This document shows, piece by piece, positions 41,601-54,245 of a stretch of 64,000 nt of DNA (position 1 is the stretch's first letter; each line of letters opens with the position of its first letter). This DNA is from the human T2T-CHM13v2.0 reference genome, Homo sapiens. The stretch lies in NCBI RefSeq assembly GCF_009914755.1, contig NC_060930.1. The stretch is one strand, 5' to 3'. The notes under the pieces were generated by a model that worked only from the letters and a program-made list of their open reading frames with translations, was not told the DNA's origin and searched no databases. Position numbers and translations under genes: made by a program.

Positions 41601-42095
41601 ATTTTAGTTTTATTGATTTTTTATGTATGGGCTTTGGGTCTTAATTTTATTCAGTTCCTGTCTAATTATAGTTATTTTCTTCTGCTAGCTTAGGCTAGTT
41701 CTTGTTTTTCTATTATCCCTAGGAGTGATGTTAAATTGTTTATTTGAGATCTTACTAACATTTTGAGGTAGGTGTTTAGCACCATAAACTTTAGTCTTAA
41801 CTCTGTTTTTCTGCATCCAGAGATTTTGGTATATGTTGTGTATCTCTTTTCATTTATTTCAAAGAATATTTTGTTCTCTCCCTTAATTTTATTGTTTATG
41901 CAGAAGTCATTTGGGAGCAAGTTGTAGTTATTTATTTCTGTATAATTCTGTAGTTTTGGGAGATCTTTTTGGTGTTGATTTTGATTTTTATTCCACTATG
42001 GTCTGAGAGTATGGTTGGCATAATTCCAATTTTTTTCGAATTTATTGAGACTTGCTTTGTGACCAAGCATGTGTTTGGTCTTAGAGTATGTTCTG
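38632..42095 (-). mobile_element. L1PA16-like, ~3.5 kb, 5'-truncated with disrupted ORF2
   Basis: Antisense 3'UTR followed by ORF2 remnants; minus-strand fragments such as LPNDFCINNKIKGENKIFFEINE resemble L1 ORF2p; many stops and frameshifts. Confidence 0.95.
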
Positions 42096-44849
42096 CACTT
42101 TCATTGTATATATACAGTAAATAGGGTTTTACCTTACTGAGCAGAAAAACAATTCTTCTTTTTCTAATAGTCTAAGATACTAGATAATACCTCTTAAGCA
42201 GAAATTATTTCATTATTTCTTACATTTTAAAAATTTGAATTATACTGATTATCAGAGGGAGAGAATGAATGATTAGTTTTTTTTTAAAGAAATGGAGGGT
42301 AATTTATTGATTATACAGTGTATCTCCCTACACTTTACAAATGAAGACTTTGAGTTCATTGGTTATATGACTTGCAGAAGGTCTATGTTTCAGTGCCTGG
42401 ATTGGAGTCAAGCAACTCAGAATACTTTTGTACCTGCACCCTTCCTTGTTTTGTTATATAACTCTAGAATAAAATAAAAAGCCAGTAAGTAGTGCTTAAC
42501 TAGAATCAGTATAGAAAGAAACAATCCTGCTTTCACACTTCTCCCAAAGGACAATGTTCAATATAATATGGAGTCAACTTTTATTTGAATTGTTGAGTGA
42601 TTTGCATCATATTAGTCATAGCTCTAATCAAACAGAATTGTTTTTTGGAACAAGATTATCATCTCTATCTTCTCTATATCTTCTACTTTCTTATAGCAGG
42701 GTCTTACAGAAATGCTCAACCTACTTCTTGTTGACTACATTCGATTGTTGCCTTAATTTGCCTTTTGAGGGTCCAAATTATTATTTTAATATATAATCTT
42801 CCTTTGAACAGACATAAGTCAAATCAATGACAAAATCCCTAATCTTAAAGATCTTATCATATACCTGAAAACACTGGATGTAAAATAGACCTAAGAGAGT
42901 AAATAATCAACATATACACCCACAGTATCAACTGAATACAGTAGAATTTCACAAGTTCCCTTATGTTGACATCAAGCCAAAGGGGATATGTAGTTAATTT
43001 ACCTAACTTAATCACAATAACCTTAGAAGGAGGTGAGAATTTTATTAGAGGACTGAAGAAAGAGGATAGAAGTATGAGCTGGTGGATAAGACAGAGTCTT
43101 GTAGATCATTGGAGGAGAGAGGAATAAATAACCACGATTTGGAAAGCAAGAATTTTGGTTGGGCTACTGAAGTTCATGTGATGAGAAAGAAGAGTTACCT
43201 AATTTTAAGAATGGAGTGAGATTGGGTCTAAAGCTATTTGTGAAAAAAACTTAAAGGCTACTCTCCGCAAAGTCTGAATATAATTTTATGATTTAACATG
43301 TTTTTGCTTCTTACTCTCTTTTGGCAAGAACTTCATAAACTGAAAATAACTCATGAATGAATTATAACTAGTATCTTTTCATGTTTTAGGAGCTCCATGA
43401 ATTTATAATGAATTCTATTCTTTGTATTCTCTGTTTGAGTGATGAAAGGGTCAGAAGCACAATTTATAGGTTAAATGATATTAGAGAACTATGTATTGTG
43501 TGACATATTTCATTAAAGAAGAGGCTATGAGCTGGGGCTTTAACAACCAGGAATTTCACACATCTGGCCAGCAATCTTGTTCATAACTACTTTTATAATT
43601 GCTAAGAATAAGAAAAAAGAATTATGTGCATGCATTTTTTTTTAAGGTTTACAACTGCAGTTTCTATTCAGAGTAGATTTTAGTGGTGAGGGGGTACTGT
43701 GCCCATATAACATGTAAATATAAAGTATAATAATTACTTTGATAATACTCATATAAAGTAAAAAAGTTTTGTCTTTATAACTTTTCTGAAAATATATATT
43801 AGCATACTAGCACTGTACTAAAATTAAAATTCTTTCGAGGATTTATCTTTGTTAGGAGTAGAAAAGGTTAGTTACAAATTATCCCAGAAAATTAAAAAGC
43901 AGATTGAACCCTTTGTTTCTCATTAAAACATTAATACCATTTGAAAACTCTGCTTAAATTCTCTGTTCCTAAAATTAAAGTATTTAAAAATAGAAATATA
44001 ACATATAATATATAATTACAACACCAGCTGCATGTATATGGATATATCCAATGGATGATATTGACAGCCAACAGTAAATCAATTTTAAAAATTTTAGGCA
44101 TCTTCCATTTGCCCTTCTGCAGTCATGAGATTTCTTGGGAGCCTAATTTAATACACATGAAACTATGACAGAAATAAAGAACAAGGCAAGACGATCTATA
44201 ATTAAGTGATGAATGCCATAGCTTTAAGTGCTGTTGGAATTTAACAGAAGTAAATACAGCCTTTGAGAAGAATAGCCATTTTCCAAATTTTGTAACACTC
44301 ATTTTATTCATTTTAATCAATGGCCACAGGGAAGTTTCAGAGCCGAGGATGATAAACTATGCTATTTGAAGGGCTGTTAGAAGACAAGAAGATTGGTTAA
44401 TTATCCACATAATGATAGTTTAAAAAGCCAATAATTTATTTAGATATGTAATGACCTGTTTGATGATGAACATTTTTTCCTGCTCTTTGCTAAGCAAGAT
44501 ATGATATCTTATTTTCTTCGTAGTAATAAGTAACATTTAAAACATAATATTGACTAGCTTCCCTTTTTAGGCACAATTAAATATAAGTCCCCAAACCAGC
44601 AGGTAGCTTGAATCTTCAAATTTAAAATAGGTGTAGAAATTTGGAGAAACGACAAGAACAATATAGTAAAATGGGAAGGATTTACCCTTGCTAATGATTT
44701 TTGGAATCTTACATAATTAGTGAATGAAACAATTTCATTAATTTTGACACCTATCTTTTGGCTGGATATCATCCTATGACAGATAAATTGTTACTATTTT
44801 CATTCCTTAAATCTATTTATATTTTTTACCACCTCTCAACACAATGCAT

Positions 44850-45090
44850 ATGTTGTGGCTGAAATACAAAGGAAAGGCTTGATGCTTATGTTCAGAAGGC
44901 CTGAATTTAAGTCCTGGCTATATTGTATCCCTGCTGTGTGATCTTAAACAAGTTACTTAATTTCTCTGAATGAGATTTGATTACTCATCTGAAAAATGGA
45001 TCAGTACTGATACTTTCCTTACCCAGTGGTGAATCCATGCATGCTTATGGAAACTGTTAATTACCAAGTGCTCTGGATTCATTAGTTCTT
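44850..45090 (+). mobile_element. MIR
   Basis: tcagaaggcctgaatttaagtcctggct...gctgtgtgatcttaaacaagttacttaatttctctga...catctgaaaaatgg. Confidence 0.8.
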
Positions 45091-45159
45091 CTGTATTCTC
45101 TTTCTTACTTTCCTCCTTCTCTTCCTTTTTCTTTCCTTTTTTTCTTCGTCTTCTTTCCA

Positions 45160-45268
45160 ATATCTGTCCATATTAACGCAGGTATTTAAAATAAAATAAA
45201 GCTTAAATAATTATATCTATCCATATTAACACAGGTATTTAAAATAAAAAAAGCTTAAATGATTATAT
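45160..45268. repeat. Tandem duplication, 53-bp unit x2
   Basis: atatctRtccatattaacRcaggtatttaaaataaaaWaaagcttaaatRatt is repeated with about 4 differences. Confidence 0.95.
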
Positions 45269-45314
45269 TTTAAATTGCTACATGTTGGATCTGATTTTTA
45301 AAATCTTTAACTAC

Positions 45315-45420
45315 CCTGGACCCAGGAGGTGGGGTGGCAGTGAGCCAAGATCGTGCCATTGCACTCCGGCCTAGGTGACAAGAGTAAAACTCCGTCTCCA
45401 AAAAACAAACAAACAAAAAC
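45315..45420 (+). mobile_element. Heavily 5'-truncated Alu (Sp/Sq-like right-arm end)
   Basis: gccattgcactcc..gacaagagtaaaactcc, (AAAC)n tail, TSD ctttaactac at 45305-45314 and 45422-45431. Confidence 0.92.
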
Positions 45421-48400
45421 ACTTTAACTACATTTTTTCCTTTTATGTAGATATTTAGAAGGTGACTATATACCTTCAATGATGACCTTGGTAGAGGCTC
45501 AAATCAGTGTTATTTCTTTTTAATCATTTTTTTCTAACCTTGAATAAAAGCCATAGAGAATTACTTTGTAGAGAGCAACTGATTAACATAATAATATCAC
45601 AGGGTAGAAATATAATTACTGGATTATTTCAAATACATTTCTGTTTCTAGAAAGTAGAGCTCACTTCCTATTCTTGGGTAAGATGTGGCATTAACAAGAA
45701 AGGCAGTAGGCTGACAGAAATCCATAGTTATGATTTTTGCTGTTCAGTACAAGGTCAATGGTTAATTAAGTCACCACCAGTGGAAATTTGATCACAGATG
45801 AGGTCTCCAACTTTGCCCATATTACTGGGCTCTCACTGGATGACTCAGCTAAGTCATTATATTAACTTTGCTTCCTCCAGACAGGTACATGACTCAAACT
45901 GGGCTGACAGGGGACTTAGGTTGTGGTGCTGTAATATTACTTTCTAGACACTGTGATTATCCATTTCAGAAAATACACATTCTTCTCAGAAATAGGATTT
46001 AATTTTAAACGTGTCATTTGTTATGAAAATTAATCACCTAATGTCATAGATAGATTAGATTGGCAAGGGTCTTATGGGTACCTTTATTCACTGATCTGTT
46101 AAATACTGACCTCATTCATTTCCATGAATATTGGAATCATTGAGTATCTTTCATGTGCTCAGCATTGTGCTGGGCGCTGGAGTTAGATAGAACAGCATGA
46201 GCCTTCTTTCTCTTGAGACCTTTAAGCTCCTCAGATCACAGCTAGGTAAACTAAAGCCAAGAACGTTTAACTAACTTGCTTAAAGTTCAGTTGGCTAATA
46301 ATAGCAGAAACAGGACTAGAACCCCAGACTCTGAGCCACCTCCTTGTTAAGCACTTATCATAAGTAAGATGACTTTTAATTTTTCTTGTGAGTTCATATA
46401 AGTATGGTATACTATGCTTAGACACCTTATATTTGTATTAGCACTTAAATATATAAAATGCAAACAAAAGGTACCAGAGAAAACTCAGGTGGATTTAGAT
46501 GCAATCAGTGTACCTAGCATCCCAAGCCTTTTCCTGCATTAGAGGAAAAATGGCTTTGTTTAAGTTTGTACTGTCTTCTCAGTATCTTTATTCCATGAAT
46601 TTGTCCATAAATAACCTTTTCTAGCTTTTCTCTGAGGTGTACTTTGTGCCACGCTTTCTGTGTCACAAACAGGTATGTGAGAAGAAAAACAAATGGTGCT
46701 TTTACTCAAATTAGGAATATGAGATATTTGTTGTCCTCTGCTAAAACCTAAATAAATATGCATGACATCCTACAAATGTAGTGGAAATTCCATCTCTGCC
46801 TCTAGGCTGCCTTCAACTAGGTCACACTAGGCAGATAAGGATATATGTTGGCTCTTATGTGTCTATTGGGAGAAATCCATTCTTGAAAGTTGGGTTGGGA
46901 AACCGTTTCAGTTGTGGCTTATGTATATTTATAGTGCTTGCATTTATTCTTTTGCTGTTCCCCTGTGTGAAGCGTTATATGGGTTCATTTTGACAGGATT
47001 GGACGAGGCACAATGTGTTAACCTCTTTTTTCTTGTAATTATATAAACATGTACACTGTACACAGTGACCTGGGAATGAGGATCAGAACATCTGTTATAA
47101 TAACTGAAATGGTGAATGAGAGTAGATTTTGAATTGTAAAGCAATAAAAGTCACTCTTCTGATCTGTGGCTTTATGCAAATGCAAATGTTTGAAAATGCT
47201 GCTGAAACGTGTTATTCTTTAACTTACCAGAGGTAGAAAGAGAGCTTGCTTTTTATTGTTCTCACATGGGTGCTCCCAGCTAGGGAGTTATTTGTCTTTC
47301 TTGGAATCAATTAAGTTAACCTTTACAGCAATTTGTTAAGTAGTTTAAGCATTCTAGAAGCTACAGAAAAGTGTCTATTTAAAGTAGCTGATAATGTCAG
47401 GATAACCTCATGCTAGCAAGGCATATTTCACAGTAGTTCTTTGGTATGCAATCAGCATCACCTACATAGGCTCTTGATAAATTTTGGATTAAGGAACCAA
47501 GAGCCTTTTGGGTACAAATTAATAAAATGAATGTTACTTTCATCATTCTTTTCCCAAAATGAATGATTAGTTGAAGACCCTACCTAGGGGCAGGTCATGA
47601 ACTCACCTTGCAGAGGAACCTTTGCCCATTCTTCTGATTCCATGCAAACCCTCTTCACCACACCAAGATTACCTTTCTCACGAGAATTATCATTGTCTTT
47701 GCCAGTACCAGCTTGGCTGCAAGCAGAGGACATTTTAAAAGATTATTTTAAAATTATTTAAAAATTTAAAGTTACTTAAAATTACTGGTTAGTACTTGGT
47801 TATACAAATAATGTAGCAATTTTTTTCAATAGAAAACTGAAGTATAAAAAATGAAGTGATTTGCCTAAGGCCACTCAGCAGAAAGGCTGAACTGGACTGT
47901 GAACCCAAGCCAACTGACTCCAAGAGCCCTTATCTTTAATCACTATACAATATTTCCTATTTTATTAGCCATATATTCTGAATATTTTTCCACATCAATA
48001 AATATAAATTTAACCATGCATTTTAACGATTGCACAGTATTCCTCTGGTGGTTTACAATGCTATTGTAGAATCTCCTCCCAGATGATATACATTTAGATT
48101 GTTTCAATTGTATTTCATAATTAAAAATAGTTCTTCTATGAATATAATTGAACATGTGTTATTTCTAGTAAAATTTGTCTAATTCTTCAATAGCTATGTA
48201 ATTTGCCTTTCTTACTAATAGAAATATACAAAATTGCTTGCTCAAAGATTATTCCTTGACTCTACATATCATTATATTTATATTAATGCAAAAAACACTT
48301 ATTGAGCACCTACTGTGTTACACTCAGTTAAGAGCTGCACATTCAACATGGAGTAAATGCACAAGAGGTTATAGACTAATAATTCTCACTAACGAATTTT

Positions 48401-48504
48401 AGAACAAATGCTTTAAAACCTTTGCTTGATTATAAATATGCAGTTCACTTCTCAGGGGATGTTTAGGAGTATTATCATTTTTAATGGAAATCTCTCATAG
48501 AGGG

Positions 48505-48505
48505 G

Positions 48506-48540
<35 letters not shown>

Positions 48541-48550
48541 GTGTGTGTGT
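48505..48550. repeat. (TG)n/(TATG)n microsatellite
   Basis: Read directly from the sequence. Confidence 0.95.
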
Positions 48551-51500
48551 CTCACTCTCCACCCTGAACACACAAAGTCCCATAGTCTACAGTTGGGTCA
48601 TTTCATTTGATCTTGAGACATTTGTTTAAGCTATGTCTACACAAAGTCACTGTAAACATTTTGGTCAGTGACCTGCTTTGTTTGACAGTGTCACACCACT
48701 GTATTTTTTTCTGGTCTACTTTCACTCTGGATTAACTAGCAGGTTTTTAAAGCTTTCCTCAGACTGCTTTTATATGAGTCCTTGTGGGTATGCATTAGTT
48801 TGCATGCAAACTCATATATGTACATTATTTCTGCATTAGATCTCTACTAGATTAGCTACATTATCTGCAATTCGAATTTCCACAATCAGTTTTTGAGTTA
48901 GATGTTTAGAAAAGAAAAGTTACTAAACTTTAACTCTTTATTTATACATTTACATTTTCCCTGGACAATTTTCTACAATATTTTCTTCCCACACCTGCTT
49001 TGGGTTCTTTCAGTTTTTCAATTTCACAGGAAAAAAATACCTATTATTGTATGTTGAAACTAGTTGTAAAGAGTAAGAATTTTTAAAATAAATTCTAGTT
49101 AGCATTAGATATATCCTCTATTCCACAGACTGTTCTAATTATAAAAATAACTCATGTCATTTTGTAATTAACAAAAGGCTTTAGCAAATACCTGAGGCTT
49201 TCTGGATTTCTGGAAGGAACACAGTGTGATCCCCATGATTGTCTTAGTTGCCTGCAAAAGGAAAATAATGGCCATTTGATCAATTTCTACAACATTTTAA
49301 TATGATGTTGATACAAAAATATGGCTTTAAAACTTCATTTTGTTTTAATACATGAGACACTCTCATATTTCTTCTCCATATTAGTGAGATTCTCCAAACA
49401 TTTATTAAAAACTCACACTACATGTGAGGCACCAAGTTAAGTCCGATAAGTCAAAGAAGAGTAAGCCATCAAAGAGTTTTCAGAGGAACCATGTATGGTA
49501 ATAGAAGGTTATACCCTTGGTCCTGTCAGAAGTAGTAGAAAAAAGGAATGAAAAAGATGGTGTGAGAGGGAACTTGAAATCTATATGAGGAATAGATAGA
49601 TATTTATAGAGAAGTAGGCTTCTTGAAGGAGAAGATGAGGTGTTATTAATGTAATATGAATGTTAATATTTTAGCAATCTCAAGATAATTTAATACTATA
49701 GTTTTAAAAAGGGGGAAACCAAAAGTAATTTTAAGAATTTTAAGAAACTTTGCCAGAAAATATAGAAGTAAACAGTTGTTTTACTCTTCTTTGTTCCTTC
49801 ATTTAAAACAAAATAAAATAATAAGCACACAAAAATATACATTTATATATAATAGTAAATATTCCACCTAAGAGCATTAAAATATTGCTTAAAGAAACTG
49901 CAAAGTAAATAGGTAAGAAGAAATGAAGGACCTATCTTAAAGTTATAGTCCATATAAATAATAGATACTGTTTTGTATATAATATCAAATTACATATGTA
50001 GATTGCTTTATGAATAATACTATTAAATTAATTTGCATTTTTATAAAATATTAACTTGCTAGCCATCTTTTAAATTACTATTTCTGGATTAAAACTCTAG
50101 AATGTTTAATACTTTCATTTTAAACTCATGATATCTAAATCATCTTTCTAAACTCAAAACATATTTGCATCTATATTTTATTGATTGAATTTCATAATAT
50201 TTTGGCAGATGATTTCTCACATCAATGTATTTTTTGCAAAAGAGAGAGTTAAGTGTCCCATATTTGCAAAAGACTGGCATTTAACCAGATCTGAAATTCA
50301 GAATCATTATTCTTCCACAATTTACTGTGCAGTTCTTAAGGCAGTTTTAGAATCATTAAAGTGTTATAAATCTCTGATATTCAGATCATTTCACCTGATC
50401 CCTTCATTTTGCAGAAGAGATGATGGAGGTCTGGGGAGTGAAGAGGCTTGCTCATCCAGTCACTTTTCGCCTTTTCTTTTCATTTGGTTGACCTATTTTC
50501 TTTTAAATAAGTACGATTAAGCACATGCTTTTTACCTTCAAATAGTTGGTATTATTTATACTGTTTATATTATAATTATGTGACTACCTTTCCTGTTATC
50601 TCAGTTTGATCAGTTCTATTTATATCTTGATACTATTCAAGCGTCTGCCTTCCCAATCAGTATGCAGGCCCTCTTGGTTGTAAATTGCTAACATTTAAGT
50701 AGCCATTTCCCAATTTTCTTCTCAGTGTGCAGTGCCTCTACTTTAAAATTAATATTATTTGCATGTGTATTTTGAAGTCCTCCCTTGGATTTTAATGGTC
50801 CATTTATAGAAAGAAAAATCAACACTTATTTTCCATCCACTACTGAAAAATAATGTTGGAAAGTGTAGGAGCTTTGTCAAGTAAAAGCTTATTTATTTTT
50901 AAAATAAGAAAGCACATTTACATGCCAGAAAACAACCAATCTTTGTCAAGGGGCTATTACACTATTTCCTGCAACTTGATTTCAGTTTATATACTGACTT
51001 CTCACTCATATTCTTTATTCTGGACTGTATCAGCAACTTCTTTTTTTCAAATGCCCAGGACAAGTCTGAGAATATGATAGATGTAGGAAGATGTATGCAA
51101 GTGGACCTTTAACGTCTTCTCTAGTTGAAGAACTGCAGAGAGTGCTAGAACTTCGAAAATTCCAGGACATTCTGCAGACAAAATTTTCATTGGTTACATA
51201 TTTGTATAGTTTTTATTTCACCTGAAATATTGACAAAGTGCTAATGTGTATGCTTTGATGAGATAACTTAGCAACAATGAAGAAGGTTATTGTCATTAGA
51301 AATAAGGTTGAAAATACTGGAGCCAGTCTTTTTATTAAATCAAAAATACCTGTTGTTTCATGGCTCAAATGACTCAAAAGCAAGTAGGAAGGGTGGGAGA
51401 TATTTTTCAGCGTGAAGTGGAGACCAGACACTCCTCCTCGCCTGGAAAATGAGTACATTACGCTATATACTTTCCACATAATCACCTTTTGGGAAGCTGT

Positions 51501-52299
51501 CACCTACTTATTTATTTTTCCATGGTGTGTCCACGGGTCACATGTATATATGTTTTATTTTTGTTTTCACTTTTTAACCAGCATACATTTAGGCACTCAC
51601 CAACTTCACACAAAATTAATTTCAAATTGTTATAGTCATAGTTTATATGGACATAAAACTCTTAGAATTTGTTCAAAGAAACAAAGTATTTACCACTTAG
51701 AAAGAGGAAAGTTATTGAGAAAATAGCCAGAAGTTGAGGATAAAGAGTGGCAATATTACCCAGCAAGAAGCAATACAGAATGGCAATTAAAAGATGGGGC
51801 CTGGACTGAGGTCCCTCGTGTCTTAATCCAGCATCCATCACTTGCCAACTGTGTAACTGACCTTAGGAAGGCACTGAGGATGCTAGACCTGTTTCACGGT
51901 CTTGCTAAAGCAGAATTCAATAAGCTCAGTGAAGCAGGTTCTTTGGACTAAGAATTAATCTACCTTGCAGGACTGAAACATAAAGAAGAAAAACAAATCT
52001 TAGACTCAGTAATTGGGACAACTTAAATATTATTATATTCAGACTTAAAATATAAATTTTATTTGATGGGAAATAGATTAAAGACAGAAAACGTGAGTCA
52101 AATAAACTTTTTGATGACTTTTTATTAATGTTTGTAAAATACACAGTGCCTGATGTAGCGTATGATGTCAATAAATGTTGACTGTTAGGAACTTTCATTC
52201 TTCAATGAGATTGAGCTTAGGTGTAAACATGTTTCATACTTATTTAAATTTCTTTAGCTTCAAATTGCAGGAGTTTGCATTATGTTTGAAAGGGGTCTG

Positions 52300-52429
52300 G
52301 AACATTGAGCACATAAAGCAAAGACACAATTAGTTCAGTGCAGTTAGGACCAGTGAGGAATGTTTTCCCAGAAAAGGTGACTATTTCAAAAGCTCACAAT
52401 GAGAGATAAATTTACAGATGTATGTGTTA

Positions 52430-52461
<32 letters not shown>

Positions 52462-52950
52462 GTACATAGGTCAGTAAGAAGAAGCTGGGCTCCTGGGCAG
52501 ATGAGCCCTGTTTGGAAAGCAATGGAGGCATTTGATTTTGGTTCAATCAGGTAAAGGTAAGTGGTTTAATATGGCTGTATGACTGGGGAAGTGGGAGTGG
52601 TAAGAAAAGAGGTTGGAAAGGAAGGTAGAAGACAAATTATGAAAAACTTTGTAAATAGCATTAAGCTTAAAGATTAGTCATTGAAAGATTTTAGGAAGTT
52701 GGATAATAAGATCAATGTTTCACGTTATAAAAATGACTTTGATTGTAGTAGCTATAAACTACTGAAAAAAGCTAGAATAGGTGCAAGTATCCATGAAAAA
52801 TCCAGTGGAGATGCATTGTTGTGGTGTGGAAGACATAGAACTTCTGGACTTAGTCAAGCATATGAAAAGGTTTACAGTGACATTCCTGTAGAAATGATGG
52901 GAATCTATAACCTGTTAGCTAGAATAATTAAGAAGACCATTACCTAGTTT
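52300..52950 (-). mobile_element. Degenerate L2 fragment containing (TG)14 at 52431-52458
   Basis: cagtgaggaatgttttcccagaaaaggtgac...aagaggttggaaaggaaggtagaagacaaattatgaaaaactttg. Confidence 0.55.
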
Positions 52951-52959
52951 AACAATAGG

Positions 52960-53835
52960 GACAGACTCCAGTGGGGTATCTATGAGGTTATGGTCTAAAG
53001 CTTTGCTTGGTCTTTAACTCTTTCTGGCTTATGATTTTTATCACTGACTTAGATATAAAAGCAAAACTGAATATGACCTAAAGGCAGAAGGTAAAGAAAC
53101 ACATTTCACATACCTTTGTAATATTAGTAAATTACCTTGATACATTAGATGTTGAATAAGTTAATAATAACAGTTGATGATAGAATTAGGCCCCAAGTGG
53201 TTTTAATTAGAAAATTAGACCAACTGTAAGTAAAAGATATTAATCAGGGATACTTGTAAAAAAATTTTAAAAAAGTACATCACAAACATAAACTTTTTAA
53301 ACAATAAGCTTAAGATGAATGAGCAGTGTGATACTGTACTGTTAAAAAAATCCAGTATTTTATCTATAATACATTAACTTATGGAGCTGGCCACTCTCTC
53401 ATAATTTGCTTTGCTTGGATACACTTGGAGTATAACATTGAACTGTGGACACACTAGGCTGTGTTCAGAAAAAAAAAAAAAACTAGAAAAACGAAAGGAT
53501 CAGATTAGTCATGTGACAAACAGTTAAACAATTTCAAAGTGTTAGGCTAGATGAAAGAAACGCAGTAGGAAGATGAAATGTTTTCAAATTCTGGAAGATA
53601 ATCATGTTTAAGTTGGGATTAAATGTATCTCAATAAAAAGATATGATTAAAAACTTTAGGAAAACAGGGGATGGATTAATATATGGGAGAACTTTGTGCT
53701 GGAGCTCTCCAGAGAGGTGAGGGACTGCTTCAGATGATAAGTTTGTCATTCCTGGAGGCCAATGTGTAGTAATAAAGGCAATCTATGTATCTGAATGATG
53801 AGTAGACCAGATGATTTACAGATTGTATGATTCTT
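52960..53835 (+). mobile_element. L3/CR1 LINE remnant
   Basis: aagcttaagatgaatgagcagtgtgat...cacttggagtataacattgaactgtgg...tagaccagatgattt...tgtatgattct. Confidence 0.65.
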
Positions 53836-53994
53836 AGACTCCATCTTTTACACTCAGGATAATAGTGCAATTTTAGTGCATAGTACATGTAAATATTTGC
53901 AGGTTAATTTAATGGTCATTTTGAGAAGTCTGTTAAAAATATGCATTAAGAACAAAATGAGTATTGGGGTTTTATTTCTTCTTGTCCATTTTCT

Positions 53995-54245
53995 TTTCCC
54001 CCCAAACTTTTATTTTGAATTTTTAAACATACAGAAAAGTTCAAACAATTGTATAAATAAACACTCATAAGCACTTTGATTAAACAATTGCTTATATTTT
54101 TCCAGTTTTTTGTTTATGATACTTCTTTCATACCTAAAGACTTGATCTCCTAAGAGTCAGGATATTTTCTTATATAACCACTATATCATTATTTTGCCTA
54201 AGGAGAAAAAAATGATACCCTAATGTCATTTAATATCCATGGCAT
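53995..54245 (-). mobile_element. Old L1M (MC/ME-like) 3' end
   Basis: ttttattttgaatttttaaacatacagaaaagtt...ctcctaagagtcaggatattttcttatataaccac. Confidence 0.7.

Noticed and set aside
38632-42095. Reverse transcriptase-like coding fragments as an active or novel retro-system
   Set aside because: A decayed, 5'-truncated old L1 ORF2 with many stops and frameshifts.
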